DNA of 64,000 bases from a phage, in sequence record PZ862964.1, one strand, 5' to 3'. Below, piece by piece: positions 28,336 to 40,196 of the stretch; within the stretch, counting starts at the first letter, position 1; every line of letters begins with the position of its first letter. A program made the position numbers and the translations under genes. A model generated the notes under the pieces. The model was not told where the DNA came from, did not search any database, and saw nothing but the letters and a program-made list of their open reading frames with translations.

Positions 28336-30590
28336 TTAATGTTATCAAAAGTAGTGGTGTTTCTCAGAGCTTTGACCCGCAAAAAATTATTAAAGTTTTA
28401 TCTTGGGCAGCTGAAGGAACATCAGTAGATCCTTATGAATTATATGAAAACATTAAATCTTATCTCCGTGATGGAATGACAACTGATGATATTCAGACTA
28501 TTGTCATTAAGGCCGCTGCGAATTCTATTTCGGTTGAAGAACCTGATTATCAATATGTAGCTGCACGCTGTTTAATGTTCGCTCTTCGTAAGCATGTTTA
28601 TGGGCAGTATGAACCACGTTCATTTATTGACCATATTTCTTACTGTGTAAATGCAGGTAAATACGACCCTGAATTATTGTCAAAATATTCAGCAGAAGAA
28701 ATTACATTTTTAGAATCAAAAATTAAGCACGAACGGGATATGGAATTTACTTATTCCGGGGCGATGCAATTAAAAGAAAAATATCTAGTTAAAGATAAAA
28801 CCACTGGTCAAATTTATGAAACTCCACAGTTTGCATTTATGGCTATTGGAATGGCATTGCATCAAGATGAACCTGTTGATAGATTAAAACATGTTATTCG
28901 TTTTTATGAAGCAGTATCTACTCGACAGATTTCATTGCCAACTCCTATTATGGCTGGTTGCCGTACTCCGACTCGACAGTTTAGTTCATGCGTTGTTATT
29001 GAAGCTGGTGATTCATTGAAGTCAATTAATAAAGCTTCTGCTTCAATTGTTGAATATATTTCTAAACGCGCTGGAATTGGAATTAACGTTGGTATGATTC
29101 GTGCCGAAGGTTCTAAGATTGGCACTGGTGAAGTACGTCATACTGGTGTTATTCCTTTTTGGAAACATTTTCAGACTGCAGTTAAATCATGTTCACAGGG
29201 TGGAATTCGTGGCGGCGCTGCTACTGCTTATTATCCTATTTGGCATTTGGAAGTTGAAAATCTTCTCGTTTTGAAAAATAACAAAGGCGTAGAAGAAAAC
29301 CGCATTCGTCATATGGATTATGGTGTTCAGCTGAATGATTTGATGATGGAACGTTTTGGAAAGAACGATTACATTACTTTGTTCAGTCCACATGAAATGG
29401 GTGGAGAGCTTTATTATTCTTATTTTAAAGACCAAGACCGTTTCCGTGAATTATACGAAGCAGCAGAAAAAGACCCTAATATTCGCAAAAAGCGTATTAA
29501 AGCCCGTGAACTATTTGAATTGCTCATGACTGAACGTTCAGGAACAGCAAGGATTTATGTACAGTTCATTGATAATACGAATAACTATACTCCATTTATT
29601 CGTGAAAAGGCACCTATTCGTCAGAGCAACTTGTGCTGTGAAATTGCTATTCCAACAAATGATGTGAATAGCCCCGATGCTGAAATTGGATTGTGTACTC
29701 TCTCTGCATTCGTACTGGATAATTTTGACTGGCAAGACCAAGATAAAATTAATGAATTGGCAGAAGTCCAAGTTCGTGCTCTTGATAATCTTTTGGATTA
29801 CCAAGGATATCCAGTTCCTGAAGCAGAAAAAGCTAAAAAGCGTCGTAACCTCGGTGTAGGTGTTACCAACTATGCAGCTTGGCTGGCAAGTAACTTTGCT
29901 TCTTATGAAGATGCTAACGATTTAACACATGAACTATTTGAGAGATTACAGTATGGACTCATTAAAGCATCCATTAAGCTCGCCAAAGAAAAAGGACCTT
30001 GCGAATATTATTCAGACACTCGTTGGTCTCGAGGCGAATTACCTATCGACTGGTACAATAAAAAGATTGACCAAATCGCAGCTCCAAAATACGTTTGTGA
30101 CTGGTCGTCGCTGCGGGAAGACCTTAAGCTCTTTGGCATCCGTAATAGCACATTATCAGCACTTATGCCATGTGAGTCATCTTCCCAAGTTTCTAACAGT
30201 ACAAACGGTATCGAGCCTCCACGTGGACCAGTCTCTGTTAAAGAATCAAAAGAGGGCTCCTTTAATCAAGTCGTGCCCAATATTGAGCATAACATAGACC
30301 TCTATGATTATACATGGAAATTAGCTAAGAAAGGTAATAAACCTTATCTTACGCAGGTAGCTATTATGCTGAAATGGGTATGTCAATCAGCTTCAGCGAA
30401 TACATACTATGACCCGCAGATTTTTCCAAAAGGAAAGGTTCCAATGTCAATAATGATTGATGACATGCTATACGGATGGTATTATGGCATTAAAAACTTC
30501 TATTATCATAATACCCGCGATGGTTCTGGTACTGATGATTATGAAATAGAAACTCCAAAAGCTGAAGATTGTTCATCCTGTAAATTATGA
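28326..30590 (+). CDS. nrdA: ribonucleotide reductase large subunit NrdA
   Basis: 754-aa ORF, same size as recalled T4 NrdA; class I RNR features. Confidence 0.95.
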   Translation: MQLINVIKSSGVSQSFDPQKIIKVLSWAAEGTSVDPYELYENIKSYLRDGMTTDDIQTIVIKAAANSISVEEPDYQYVAARCLMFALRKHVYGQYEPRSFIDHISYCVNAGKYDPELLSKYSAEEITFLESKIKHERDMEFTYSGAMQLKEKYLVKDKTTGQIYETPQFAFMAIGMALHQDEPVDRLKHVIRFYEAVSTRQISLPTPIMAGCRTPTRQFSSCVVIEAGDSLKSINKASASIVEYISKRAGIGINVGMIRAEGSKIGTGEVRHTGVIPFWKHFQTAVKSCSQGGIRGGAATAYYPIWHLEVENLLVLKNNKGVEENRIRHMDYGVQLNDLMMERFGKNDYITLFSPHEMGGELYYSYFKDQDRFRELYEAAEKDPNIRKKRIKARELFELLMTERSGTARIYVQFIDNTNNYTPFIREKAPIRQSNLCCEIAIPTNDVNSPDAEIGLCTLSAFVLDNFDWQDQDKINELAEVQVRALDNLLDYQGYPVPEAEKAKKRRNLGVGVTNYAAWLASNFASYEDANDLTHELFERLQYGLIKASIKLAKEKGPCEYYSDTRWSRGELPIDWYNKKIDQIAAPKYVCDWSSLREDLKLFGIRNSTLSALMPCESSSQVSNSTNGIEPPRGPVSVKESKEGSFNQVVPNIEHNIDLYDYTWKLAKKGNKPYLTQVAIMLKWVCQSASANTYYDPQIFPKGKVPMSIMIDDMLYGWYYGIKNFYYHNTRDGSGTDDYEIETPKAEDCSSCKL

Positions 30591-30641
30591 TATAATTTGA
30601 CTCATGGACGAGTCACCAACTATTAACTAAGCGGAAAATTT

Positions 30642-31820
30642 ATGAGCACAGTTTTTAATACAAATCCAGTTGATGTTTTAAAAGAACCTATGTTTTTTGG
30701 TTCAGGTCTTGGTATTGCGCGTTATGATATTCAACGGCATCGAGTATTTGAAGAACTTACAGAGAAGTCCTTATCATTTTTCTGGCGTCCCGAAGAAGTA
30801 AACTTGATGATGGATGCTGCACAGTTTAATAAGCTTCCTCAGTATCAGCAAAATATTTTTACTAATAATCTGAAGTATCAATCACTTTTGGATAGCATTC
30901 AGGGTCGTGCGCCGTCTGCTGTACTTATGTCATTAATTTCAGACCCAAGCCTTGATACATGGGTTGCTACGTGGACTTTTAGTGAAACTATTCACAGCCG
31001 TTCATATACACATATCATGCGAAATCTTTATACTGATCCATCGAAGGTATTTGATGAGATTGTATTAGATGAAGCTATTATGAAACGTGCTGAATCCATT
31101 GGGCGTTATTATGATGATGTTCTGATTAAAACCCGTGAATGGGAAAATGCTAAAGAATTTGTAGAACTAGCTAAAGAATCTCCTGATGCTGTCTTTCGTT
31201 TAAACCGAGCTATTAAACAAGAAGCCGAAGCTAAACGTGCTTTAATGAAATCTCTTTACCTCTGTTTGCATGTAATCAACGCATTGGAAGCTATTCGTTT
31301 TTATGTATCTTTCGCATGTACCTTTAACTTCCATAAAAACATGGAAATCATGGAAGGTAATGCCAAAATTATGAAGTTCATTGCACGTGATGAGCAGCTT
31401 CACCTTAAAGGCACTCAATATATTATTCGTCAACTTCAATCTGGTACTGATGGCGATGAATGGGTTAAAATTGCTCAAGAGTGTGAACAAGAAGCAGTTG
31501 ATATTTTCATGGAAGTTAACCGCCAAGAAAAAGATTGGGCAGTTCATTTATTTAAAGACGGCGATGTTCCTGGATTAAATACAAATAGCATGTGGAGCTT
31601 TATTGATTACTTAACTGTATCTCGTATGAAACAGTGTGGTCTTCCATGCCCAATTACCGATGCTCCGGTTAAACATCCGTATCCTTGGATTCGTGAATAT
31701 CTTAATTCTGATAATGTTCAATCCGCGCCACAAGAAGTAGAACTGTCATCTTATCTTGTAGCACAGATTGATAATGATGTTGATGATAAAGTTATGATGA
31801 GTTTTAAAAAATATTTTTAA
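30642..31820 (+). CDS. nrdB: ribonucleotide reductase small subunit NrdB (uninterrupted, no intron)
   Basis: Continuous 392-aa ORF with di-iron E..H motifs (SETIHSRSY; ARDEQLH). Confidence 0.95.
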   Translation: MSTVFNTNPVDVLKEPMFFGSGLGIARYDIQRHRVFEELTEKSLSFFWRPEEVNLMMDAAQFNKLPQYQQNIFTNNLKYQSLLDSIQGRAPSAVLMSLISDPSLDTWVATWTFSETIHSRSYTHIMRNLYTDPSKVFDEIVLDEAIMKRAESIGRYYDDVLIKTREWENAKEFVELAKESPDAVFRLNRAIKQEAEAKRALMKSLYLCLHVINALEAIRFYVSFACTFNFHKNMEIMEGNAKIMKFIARDEQLHLKGTQYIIRQLQSGTDGDEWVKIAQECEQEAVDIFMEVNRQEKDWAVHLFKDGDVPGLNTNSMWSFIDYLTVSRMKQCGLPCPITDAPVKHPYPWIREYLNSDNVQSAPQEVELSSYLVAQIDNDVDDKVMMSFKKYF

Positions 31821-31847
31821 GGAGTGGGCCGCAAGGCCCATTTTATT

Positions 31848-31850
<3 letters not shown>
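31819..31850 (+). promoter_or_regulatory. possible hairpin-split ribosome-binding site for denA
   Basis: SD AAGGAG 23 nt from ATG, separated by TGGGCC-GCAA-GGCCCA hairpin. Confidence 0.45.
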
Positions 31851-33435
<1,585 letters not shown>

Positions 33436-33438
33436 GCT

Positions 33439-33499
33439 GTTTACAAGTCCCTCGTGTTGTGTTATAGTAGTCTTACTGACACAACATGAGGACTTTATG
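33439..33499 (+). promoter_or_regulatory. promoter/stem-loop cassette upstream of alc (copy 1 of 2)
   Basis: GTTTAC, 18 nt, TATAGT; 13-bp arms 33450-33462 and 33479-33491 enclose the -10 and pair with SD GAGGA. Confidence 0.6.
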
Positions 33500-34003
33500 A
33501 TGGATTTGCAGCTTATTACTACTGAAATGGTCGTTGAAGCATACGGTGATACTACAGATGGGATTTCTGTATTCAAAGGAAATCGTCGAGTTGGATATAT
33601 CACCGATCTTAAGAAAGATTTAGCTAAGCAAGTCAAGCGGAAAACGACCATTAAAGAATATCGAAATCGTCGTCTTGAGCAAGCCCGTGATATGCTTCCT
33701 GATGCGGTTGAGGAGATGAAAGTCTTTTTAGAAAATCAACTCGCTAAGTATGATTGTGAAGTGTTCATTAATCAGACTCAACCTAATGTTCATATCAATA
33801 GCTGTAAATGCTATATCATCGTTAATCCTTTAACGGGAAAACATCGTCTTGGAATTAGTAATCCAAATCGTAGCGCATCGGATATGGCAGAAGATGTTGC
33901 GGCATGCTTTAAAATTTCTAAATCTCCGGCGGAACATCATATTTTAATTAACGGTCTTTCTCAAGACGATATTATAGAGGTTATTAAAACTTTATGCAAT
34001 TAA
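33500..34003 (+). CDS. alc: Alc-like protein (inhibitor of host transcription)
   Basis: 167-aa ORF in the T4 alc position between rnlA and pseT; identity by size and synteny. Confidence 0.65.
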   Translation: MDLQLITTEMVVEAYGDTTDGISVFKGNRRVGYITDLKKDLAKQVKRKTTIKEYRNRRLEQARDMLPDAVEEMKVFLENQLAKYDCEVFINQTQPNVHINSCKCYIIVNPLTGKHRLGISNPNRSASDMAEDVAACFKISKSPAEHHILINGLSQDDIIEVIKTLCN

Positions 34004-34347
34004 GTAATACGACAGCAGGTTTGCTATTACTTGTAATAGTATTTGGCGGAACATCTATTATTTTAAAAAATAAGGTAGAAAGATTAGAAACATCAGTTAC
34101 TGAAATTACAAAAACGGCCAATGAAAACGCCTTAGCATTAAATAATTTGCGAATTCAGTATAATTATATTGATGCGATGAATAATAAAAATCGTGAGGCA
34201 ATTGCTGCTATTGAGCGTGAAAATGAAAAACTGCGCAAAGACGCAAAGAAGGCGGATGTGGTGGCTCATAAGCCAGGATTGGTTGAAAAACAAATCAACA
34301 ACTCCTTCAACAAGTTCGCAGAAGACATCCAGGACCTTTCTAAATGA
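33994..34347 (+). CDS. hypothetical membrane-anchored protein (117 aa)
   Basis: N-terminal TM segment LLLLVIVFGGTSIIL followed by charged helical region. Confidence 0.5.
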   Translation: MQLSNTTAGLLLLVIVFGGTSIILKNKVERLETSVTEITKTANENALALNNLRIQYNYIDAMNNKNREAIAAIERENEKLRKDAKKADVVAHKPGLVEKQINNSFNKFAEDIQDLSK

Positions 34348-34643
34348 TTAAACTATCAGCAGTAATATTATCTATTGGTCTTCTAGTTGGTTGTTCGACA
34401 AAGCCTCTAGAAGTAAATAAAGAAACAGTTCATCCTAATTGGCCTGTGCAAATAAAGTCATATGACGAAGCTAAACTATCTTGGCAAGTTAAAGTTATCG
34501 ATGGTAGAGCTTGGGTCGGTATGCCATTTGAAGATTCCCAGGAATTTCGTATTTGGCTTAATGATGTAAAACGATATGTACATGACCAGAAAACTATGAT
34601 ATGTTATTATCGTCAAGAGCTAAAAGAGGATAAATGTAAATGA
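34344..34643 (+). CDS. hypothetical lipoprotein (99 aa)
   Basis: Signal peptide with lipobox-like LLVGCS (MIKLSAVILSIGLLVGCSTKP). Confidence 0.5.
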   Translation: MIKLSAVILSIGLLVGCSTKPLEVNKETVHPNWPVQIKSYDEAKLSWQVKVIDGRAWVGMPFEDSQEFRIWLNDVKRYVHDQKTMICYYRQELKEDKCK

Positions 34644-34864
34644 TTTCATGGCATCAATTTGAACATCTCAAAGGATTGATTTATGAATCCGAGATGGCTG
34701 CAATGATTTATGGACGCCAGATTCAGCGGTTAGAATCTTTACCTCCAACTAATGATGTTTTATTAGCTCAATCACGTGCTAATCTCAAAAATGAATATCA
34801 AAATAAGTGGGGTAAAGCATCTAAAGACCTACATGATTATATTCAATCATTAGTTGAGAAATAA
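34640..34864 (+). CDS. hypothetical protein (74 aa)
   Basis: ORF with ATGA overlap to upstream ORF. Confidence 0.5.
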   Translation: MISWHQFEHLKGLIYESEMAAMIYGRQIQRLESLPPTNDVLLAQSRANLKNEYQNKWGKASKDLHDYIQSLVEK

Positions 34865-34867
34865 TAA

Positions 34868-36074
<1,207 letters not shown>

Positions 36075-36075
<1 letters not shown>

Positions 36076-36272
36076 TGGCGTGGCATCATGAAACTTGGTC
36101 TATTGTTATTGTAAATAGTGGTTTAGTTGGTACTAGTAATGGGCAATTTTGTGTATTCACCAGTGAAATCAGAGCTTGGGAGGAATGCCTTAAATTAAGA
36201 GAAAAGAATCCTGATGTTGAACTAACAGTAAAGAAAACTAAACTGCCTTTACCATGGAAAACGTATGAATAA
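36075..36272 (+). CDS. hypothetical protein (65 aa)
   Basis: ATG overlapping pseT stop (TAATG). Confidence 0.45.
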
Positions 36273-36465
36273 CCTAGAAAAGATTTATCGTCTTTGTGAT
36301 AAAATTGAAAAAGAAAAGAAATATCTATTTTGTTTATGGCCTATTGTTAATGGAAGAGTAGGTTTAGATGTTCTTGATTATGAAACAGAAGACAAAGTAG
36401 ATGGCGCAACTTTTGATAACGCTTTGGATGTTATTGATTGGCTCGAAGAAAATTATGTGAGGTAA
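36265..36465 (+). CDS. hypothetical protein (66 aa)
   Basis: ORF overlapping previous. Confidence 0.5.
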   Translation: MNNLEKIYRLCDKIEKEKKYLFCLWPIVNGRVGLDVLDYETEDKVDGATFDNALDVIDWLEENYVR

Positions 36466-36467
36466 AT

Positions 36468-36743
36468 ATGTTTCCGACTTATTCTAAAATCGTAGAAGTA
36501 GTGTTTAGCCAAATTATCGCTAATAATATGTTTGAAAAGCTTGATAACGCAGCTGAGCTTCGAATTCATGCTCAAGTGACTCATGTATTGAATACTTTGC
36601 TTCCAGGCCAGGTGGATTCTATTGCAATTACGTTGTATCCAGGTTCAGCACATATCATTGTCGTATTCGGTCTTGATGCTGAGCTAGTCATCAAAGGTGA
36701 TATTCGCTTTGAATCACAGACATCAGAATTCAAAGCAATTTAA
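36468..36743 (+). CDS. hypothetical protein (91 aa)
   Basis: ATG after SD GAGG; ORF-track start 36438 overlaps upstream ORF. Confidence 0.5.
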   Translation: MFPTYSKIVEVVFSQIIANNMFEKLDNAAELRIHAQVTHVLNTLLPGQVDSIAITLYPGSAHIIVVFGLDAELVIKGDIRFESQTSEFKAI

Positions 36744-36745
36744 TA

Positions 36746-36775
36746 GTTTACTTTACGGTAGAGTTGTGATATTAT
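36746..36775 (+). promoter_or_regulatory. early-type promoter nested in inverted repeat
   Basis: GTTTAC, 18 nt, TATTAT; arms GGTAGAG (36757-36763) and CTCTACC (36778-36784). Confidence 0.5.
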
Positions 36776-36805
36776 AGCTCTACCAAAACAAATGAGGAAA
36801 TTGAA

Positions 36806-37333
36806 ATGAGCGAATGGTTTGAAGAAGATAAGGTTTATCGCTTTAAAACTGGGTATAAAGATATTTTTAATGAAACTTGCGGGGCTAATAAACGAATTGC
36901 CCAGTTTATTGGGGAAAATTCATTTAAAGTAAAAATAGATCCTGCGAAGAATGTTATTAGCATTAAACGCGAAATTGATGACTGCTGGTATAAAGCTATT
37001 GATGTAATGGGCGAATCCTATAAAGATAGCCCGTTATTTTCAATTGCTTATATGTTAGAATATTCTTTTTTCGAAGAAGTTCAAAAAGATGATTCTGTCA
37101 GTAAATTTGAAATTAAAGCTGATAAAGAAATTAAGTGGAAAGTAGTAGGTATTACTGGTTGTATGTTTTATATCTATGCTCAAACTGATACGAAGGAAGA
37201 AGCTAAAAAGAAAGCTCTAGAATATCTTGAAGAGCATGAAGAAGGTCCGGTAATGATTACTCAAGATGCTGAATTAGTTTCTGTCAAATTAGTTAAAAAT
37301 GTTGAAAGTAAGGAGCTGGGATCAACATGCTAA
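36806..37333 (+). CDS. hypothetical protein (175 aa)
   Basis: ORF with SD GAGGAAATTGAAATG downstream of an early-type promoter. Confidence 0.55.
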   Translation: MSEWFEEDKVYRFKTGYKDIFNETCGANKRIAQFIGENSFKVKIDPAKNVISIKREIDDCWYKAIDVMGESYKDSPLFSIAYMLEYSFFEEVQKDDSVSKFEIKADKEIKWKVVGITGCMFYIYAQTDTKEEAKKKALEYLEEHEEGPVMITQDAELVSVKLVKNVESKELGSTC

Positions 37334-37563
37334 GTGAAAAACCGATTACTGTTAAAGAATTCCAAGAAAAAGTTAAACTATTTGCACAGGAATTAGTAAA
37401 TAAGGTTTCTGAACGATTTCCTGAAACATCGGTTCGTGTTATTACCGAAACTCCTCGTTCAGTATTAGTAATTGTGAATCCAGGTGATGGCGATCAAATA
37501 TCGCATCTTAAACTGGATTTTGATGGATTAGTTGAAGCACAAAGGGTGTATGGCGTACTATGA
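37327..37563 (+). CDS. hypothetical protein (78 aa)
   Basis: ORF overlapping previous stop. Confidence 0.5.
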   Translation: MLSEKPITVKEFQEKVKLFAQELVNKVSERFPETSVRVITETPRSVLVIVNPGDGDQISHLKLDFDGLVEAQRVYGVL

Positions 37564-37898
37564 TGAATTTAACTGATATAATTGATAATTGTCTTGAAAA
37601 TGATACTGGCGATCATAGAGCGCTTGATTCTGAAACAGCACAGTTCATTAGAATAACTTTAATGAATGACACTCTAGTGAATAGTATTCATCCTTCTGTA
37701 TATGATGCTATTATTGTGACGAAGTATCCAGTTGAGCTTCACAAAAAGATGGTTGGCGCAATTTTTATTGATAAGAAAAACCGCTTTAAAGATGGGCAGA
37801 ATATAATTAGTTCTGTTATTAAAAGTATAACTAAACTTCGTCACGAAATTTATCGTGTTGAAACTGCTAAATCTGCTTATCTGGTGATTATGAAATGA
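37560..37898 (+). CDS. hypothetical protein (112 aa)
   Basis: ORF with ATGA overlap. Confidence 0.5.
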   Translation: MMNLTDIIDNCLENDTGDHRALDSETAQFIRITLMNDTLVNSIHPSVYDAIIVTKYPVELHKKMVGAIFIDKKNRFKDGQNIISSVIKSITKLRHEIYRVETAKSAYLVIMK

Positions 37899-38476
37899 AA
37901 GCGAGTACAGTACTTCAAATTGCATATTTAGTATCACAGGAATCAAAATGTTGCTCCTGGAAGGTAGGAGCAGTAATTGAAAAGAATGGACGTATTATTT
38001 CTACTGGGTATAATGGTTCACCCGCAGGGGGTGTGAACTGTTGTGATTATGCTGCTGAGCAAGGTTGGTTGTTGAATAAGCCTAAACACACTATCATTCA
38101 AGGTCATAAGCCTGAATGCGTATCATTTGGTTCAACTGATCGTTTTGTTTTGGCGAAAGAACATCGTAGCGCTCACTCTGAATGGTCGTCTAAAAATGAA
38201 ATTCATGCTGAACTAAATGCAATTTTGTTTGCTGCACGAAATGGTTCTTCTATTGAAGGTGCTACTATGTATGTAACACTTTCTCCTTGCCCAGATTGTG
38301 CAAAAGCGATAGCTCAATCTGGTATTAAAAAGCTGGTTTATTGCGAAACATACGATAAAAATAAACCTGGCTGGGATGATATTCTGCGAAATGCGGGTAT
38401 TGAAGTGTTTAATGTTCCTAAGAAAAACTTGAATAAGTTAAATTGGGAAAATATCAACGAATTCTGTGGTGAATAA
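37895..38476 (+). CDS. cd: dCMP deaminase
   Basis: 193-aa ORF with cytidine/dCMP deaminase zinc motifs HAE and PCPDC. Confidence 0.9.
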   Translation: MKASTVLQIAYLVSQESKCCSWKVGAVIEKNGRIISTGYNGSPAGGVNCCDYAAEQGWLLNKPKHTIIQGHKPECVSFGSTDRFVLAKEHRSAHSEWSSKNEIHAELNAILFAARNGSSIEGATMYVTLSPCPDCAKAIAQSGIKKLVYCETYDKNKPGWDDILRNAGIEVFNVPKKNLNKLNWENINEFCGE

Positions 38477-38712
38477 TGAAATTTCGTTTGGTAAAGCTCA
38501 CAGCAATTAGTTCTTATTCTAATGAGAACATCTCATTTGCTGTAGAGTATAAGAAATATTTTTTCTCTAAATGGAAACAGTATTATAAAACTGATTGGAC
38601 TAGTATTGATAGACCATATAGTTGGAAATCTGATTTAGAAAAATGCCAAAAATTACTTTCCACCCTTAAAGAACGTGGAACAACTCATATTAAAACTGTA
38701 ATAGGTAAATAA
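38476..38712 (+). CDS. hypothetical protein (78 aa)
   Basis: ORF starting at cd stop. Confidence 0.5.
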   Translation: MKFRLVKLTAISSYSNENISFAVEYKKYFFSKWKQYYKTDWTSIDRPYSWKSDLEKCQKLLSTLKERGTTHIKTVIGK

Positions 38713-39021
38713 ATGAAACTGACAACTGAGCAGAAAGTAGCAATTCGTGAAATTTTGAAAACTAAATTGTCCATGGGTGTTTCAAACGTAGTTTTTGAAA
38801 AGTCTGACGGTACTATTCGTACTATGAAAGGTACTCGTGATGCAGACTTTATGCCAACCATGCAAACTGGTAAATTGACTGAATCTACTCGGAAAGAATC
38901 TACTGACATGATTCCAGTATTTGATGTTGAACTTGGTGCATGGCGAGGTTTTTCTATTGACAAATTGATTTCCGTTAATGGTATGAAAGTTGAGCATTTG
39001 CTCCAATTTATTGGTAAATAA
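38713..39021 (+). CDS. hypothetical protein (102 aa)
   Basis: ORF directly following previous. Confidence 0.5.
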   Translation: MKLTTEQKVAIREILKTKLSMGVSNVVFEKSDGTIRTMKGTRDADFMPTMQTGKLTESTRKESTDMIPVFDVELGAWRGFSIDKLISVNGMKVEHLLQFIGK

Positions 39022-39078
39022 ATGCTTTAAGAATTATTTGTTATTATTAATTCATCTGTTAACAAAAAAGGAAAAACG

Positions 39079-39414
39079 ATGTCTGAAGTACAACAGCTAC
39101 CAATTCGTGCTGTCGGTGAATATGTTATTTTAGTTTCTGAACCTGCACAAGCTGGTGATGAAGAAGTTACAGAATCAGGACTTATTATTGGTAAACGTGT
39201 CCAAGGTGAAGTTCCTGAACTGTGTGTAGTTCACTCTGTTGGTCCTGATGTTCCTAAAGGTTTCTGCGAAGTTGGCGATTTGACTTCTCTTCCAGTTGGT
39301 CAAATTCGAAATGTTCCGCATCCTTTTGTAGCTCTGGGTCTTAAGCAGCCAAAAGAAATTAAACAAAAATTCGTTACTTGTCACTATAAAGCTATTCCGT
39401 GTCTTTATAAGTGA
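39079..39414 (+). CDS. 31: co-chaperonin gp31 (GroES-like)
   Basis: 111-aa [22 protein letters not shown]...; agrees with recalled T4 gp31. Confidence 0.9.
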   Translation: MSEVQQLPIRAVGEYVILVSEPAQAGDEEVTESGLIIGKRVQGEVPELCVVHSVGPDVPKGFCEVGDLTSLPVGQIRNVPHPFVALGLKQPKEIKQKFVTCHYKAIPCLYK

Positions 39415-39422
39415 TATAAATA
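39415..39422 (+). promoter_or_regulatory. late promoter-like TATAAATA upstream of rIII
   Basis: TATAAATA immediately after gene 31 stop, 118 nt upstream of rIII ATG. Confidence 0.5.
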
Positions 39423-39540
39423 ATAATATGAATTGAGTTTCAATTCTATGTGGTAGTCTACAACTGAGAGATCTGTCGAAAGAAGATGAAATTCAGAAGA
39501 ACGTGACTACCGAGTTTTAATCTCTAACGAGAATTTTTAA

Positions 39541-39789
39541 ATGATTAAACAATTACAACACGCTCTTGAACTGCAACGAAACGCATGGAATAATGGTCAC
39601 GAAAACTATGGCGCATCTATTGATGTTGAAGCCGAAGCTCTTGAAATCCTGCGTTATTTCAAACATCTGAATCCTGCTCAAACTGCATTAGCTGCTGAGC
39701 TTCAGGAAAAAGATGAACTTAAGTATGCTAAGCCTCTGGCTTCTGCTGCACGAAAAGCAGTTCGTCATTTTGTGGTAACACTGAAGTAA
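39541..39789 (+). CDS. rIII: lysis inhibition accessory protein RIII
   Basis: 82-aa ORF MIKQLQHALELQRNAWNNGHENYG; agrees with recalled T4 rIII. Confidence 0.85.
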   Translation: MIKQLQHALELQRNAWNNGHENYGASIDVEAEALEILRYFKHLNPAQTALAAELQEKDELKYAKPLASAARKAVRHFVVTLK

Positions 39790-39909
39790 TTATGTTGACG
39801 AGGTTTATGGTTATCCTGTCGGTAAATATTCAAAACCTAAGTACCCCCTTGAGGGCTTGCGCAGGCAATGCCAATAAGTCCTGCATTTTCGTTTAAAAGA
39901 GAATTTATA

Positions 39910-40086
39910 ATGGCAAAACAAGTTAAAGCAAAGAAAGCAGTTGAAAAGAAAGTTGGTGATTCTAAACGCGCTGGTTACAAGCGTGGGTCGAACTCTCGTA
40001 TCAATCAAACTGTTGAGAAGATCATGCGCCGAGCACGTGCGGTTCTTCGAGATGATGCTTCTCGTTTTGGTAAGCAGAAAGCATAA
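39910..40086 (+). CDS. hypothetical basic protein (58 aa)
   Basis: ATG after AAGAGA; lysine/arginine rich; followed by strong terminator. Confidence 0.45.
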   Translation: MAKQVKAKKAVEKKVGDSKRAGYKRGSNSRINQTVEKIMRRARAVLRDDASRFGKQKA

Positions 40087-40090
40087 GTTG

Positions 40091-40116
40091 AGGACTCCTT
40101 CGGGAGTCCTTTTTTA
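40091..40116 (+). terminator. intrinsic terminator
   Basis: AGGACTCC-TTCG-GGAGTCCT followed by TTTTTTATTTT. Confidence 0.75.
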
Positions 40117-40139
40117 TTTTCCAAAGATTGCACAAAGTT

Positions 40140-40169
40140 GTTTACAGTACGGTTCCTTTGTGATAGTAT
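40140..40169 (+). promoter_or_regulatory. early-type promoter
   Basis: GTTTAC, 18 nt, TAGTAT; imperfect flanking repeat CCTTTG / CAAAGG overlapping SD. Confidence 0.5.
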
Positions 40170-40196
40170 TATCTTACACAAACAAAGGAGAATAAA

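Noticed and set aside
30591-30641. TATAAT plus hairpin TGACTC-ATGGAC-GAGTCA between nrdA and nrdB
   Set aside because: Short 6-bp stem, no T-run, no -35 element; could be a processing site but the evidence is too thin to call a promoter or terminator.
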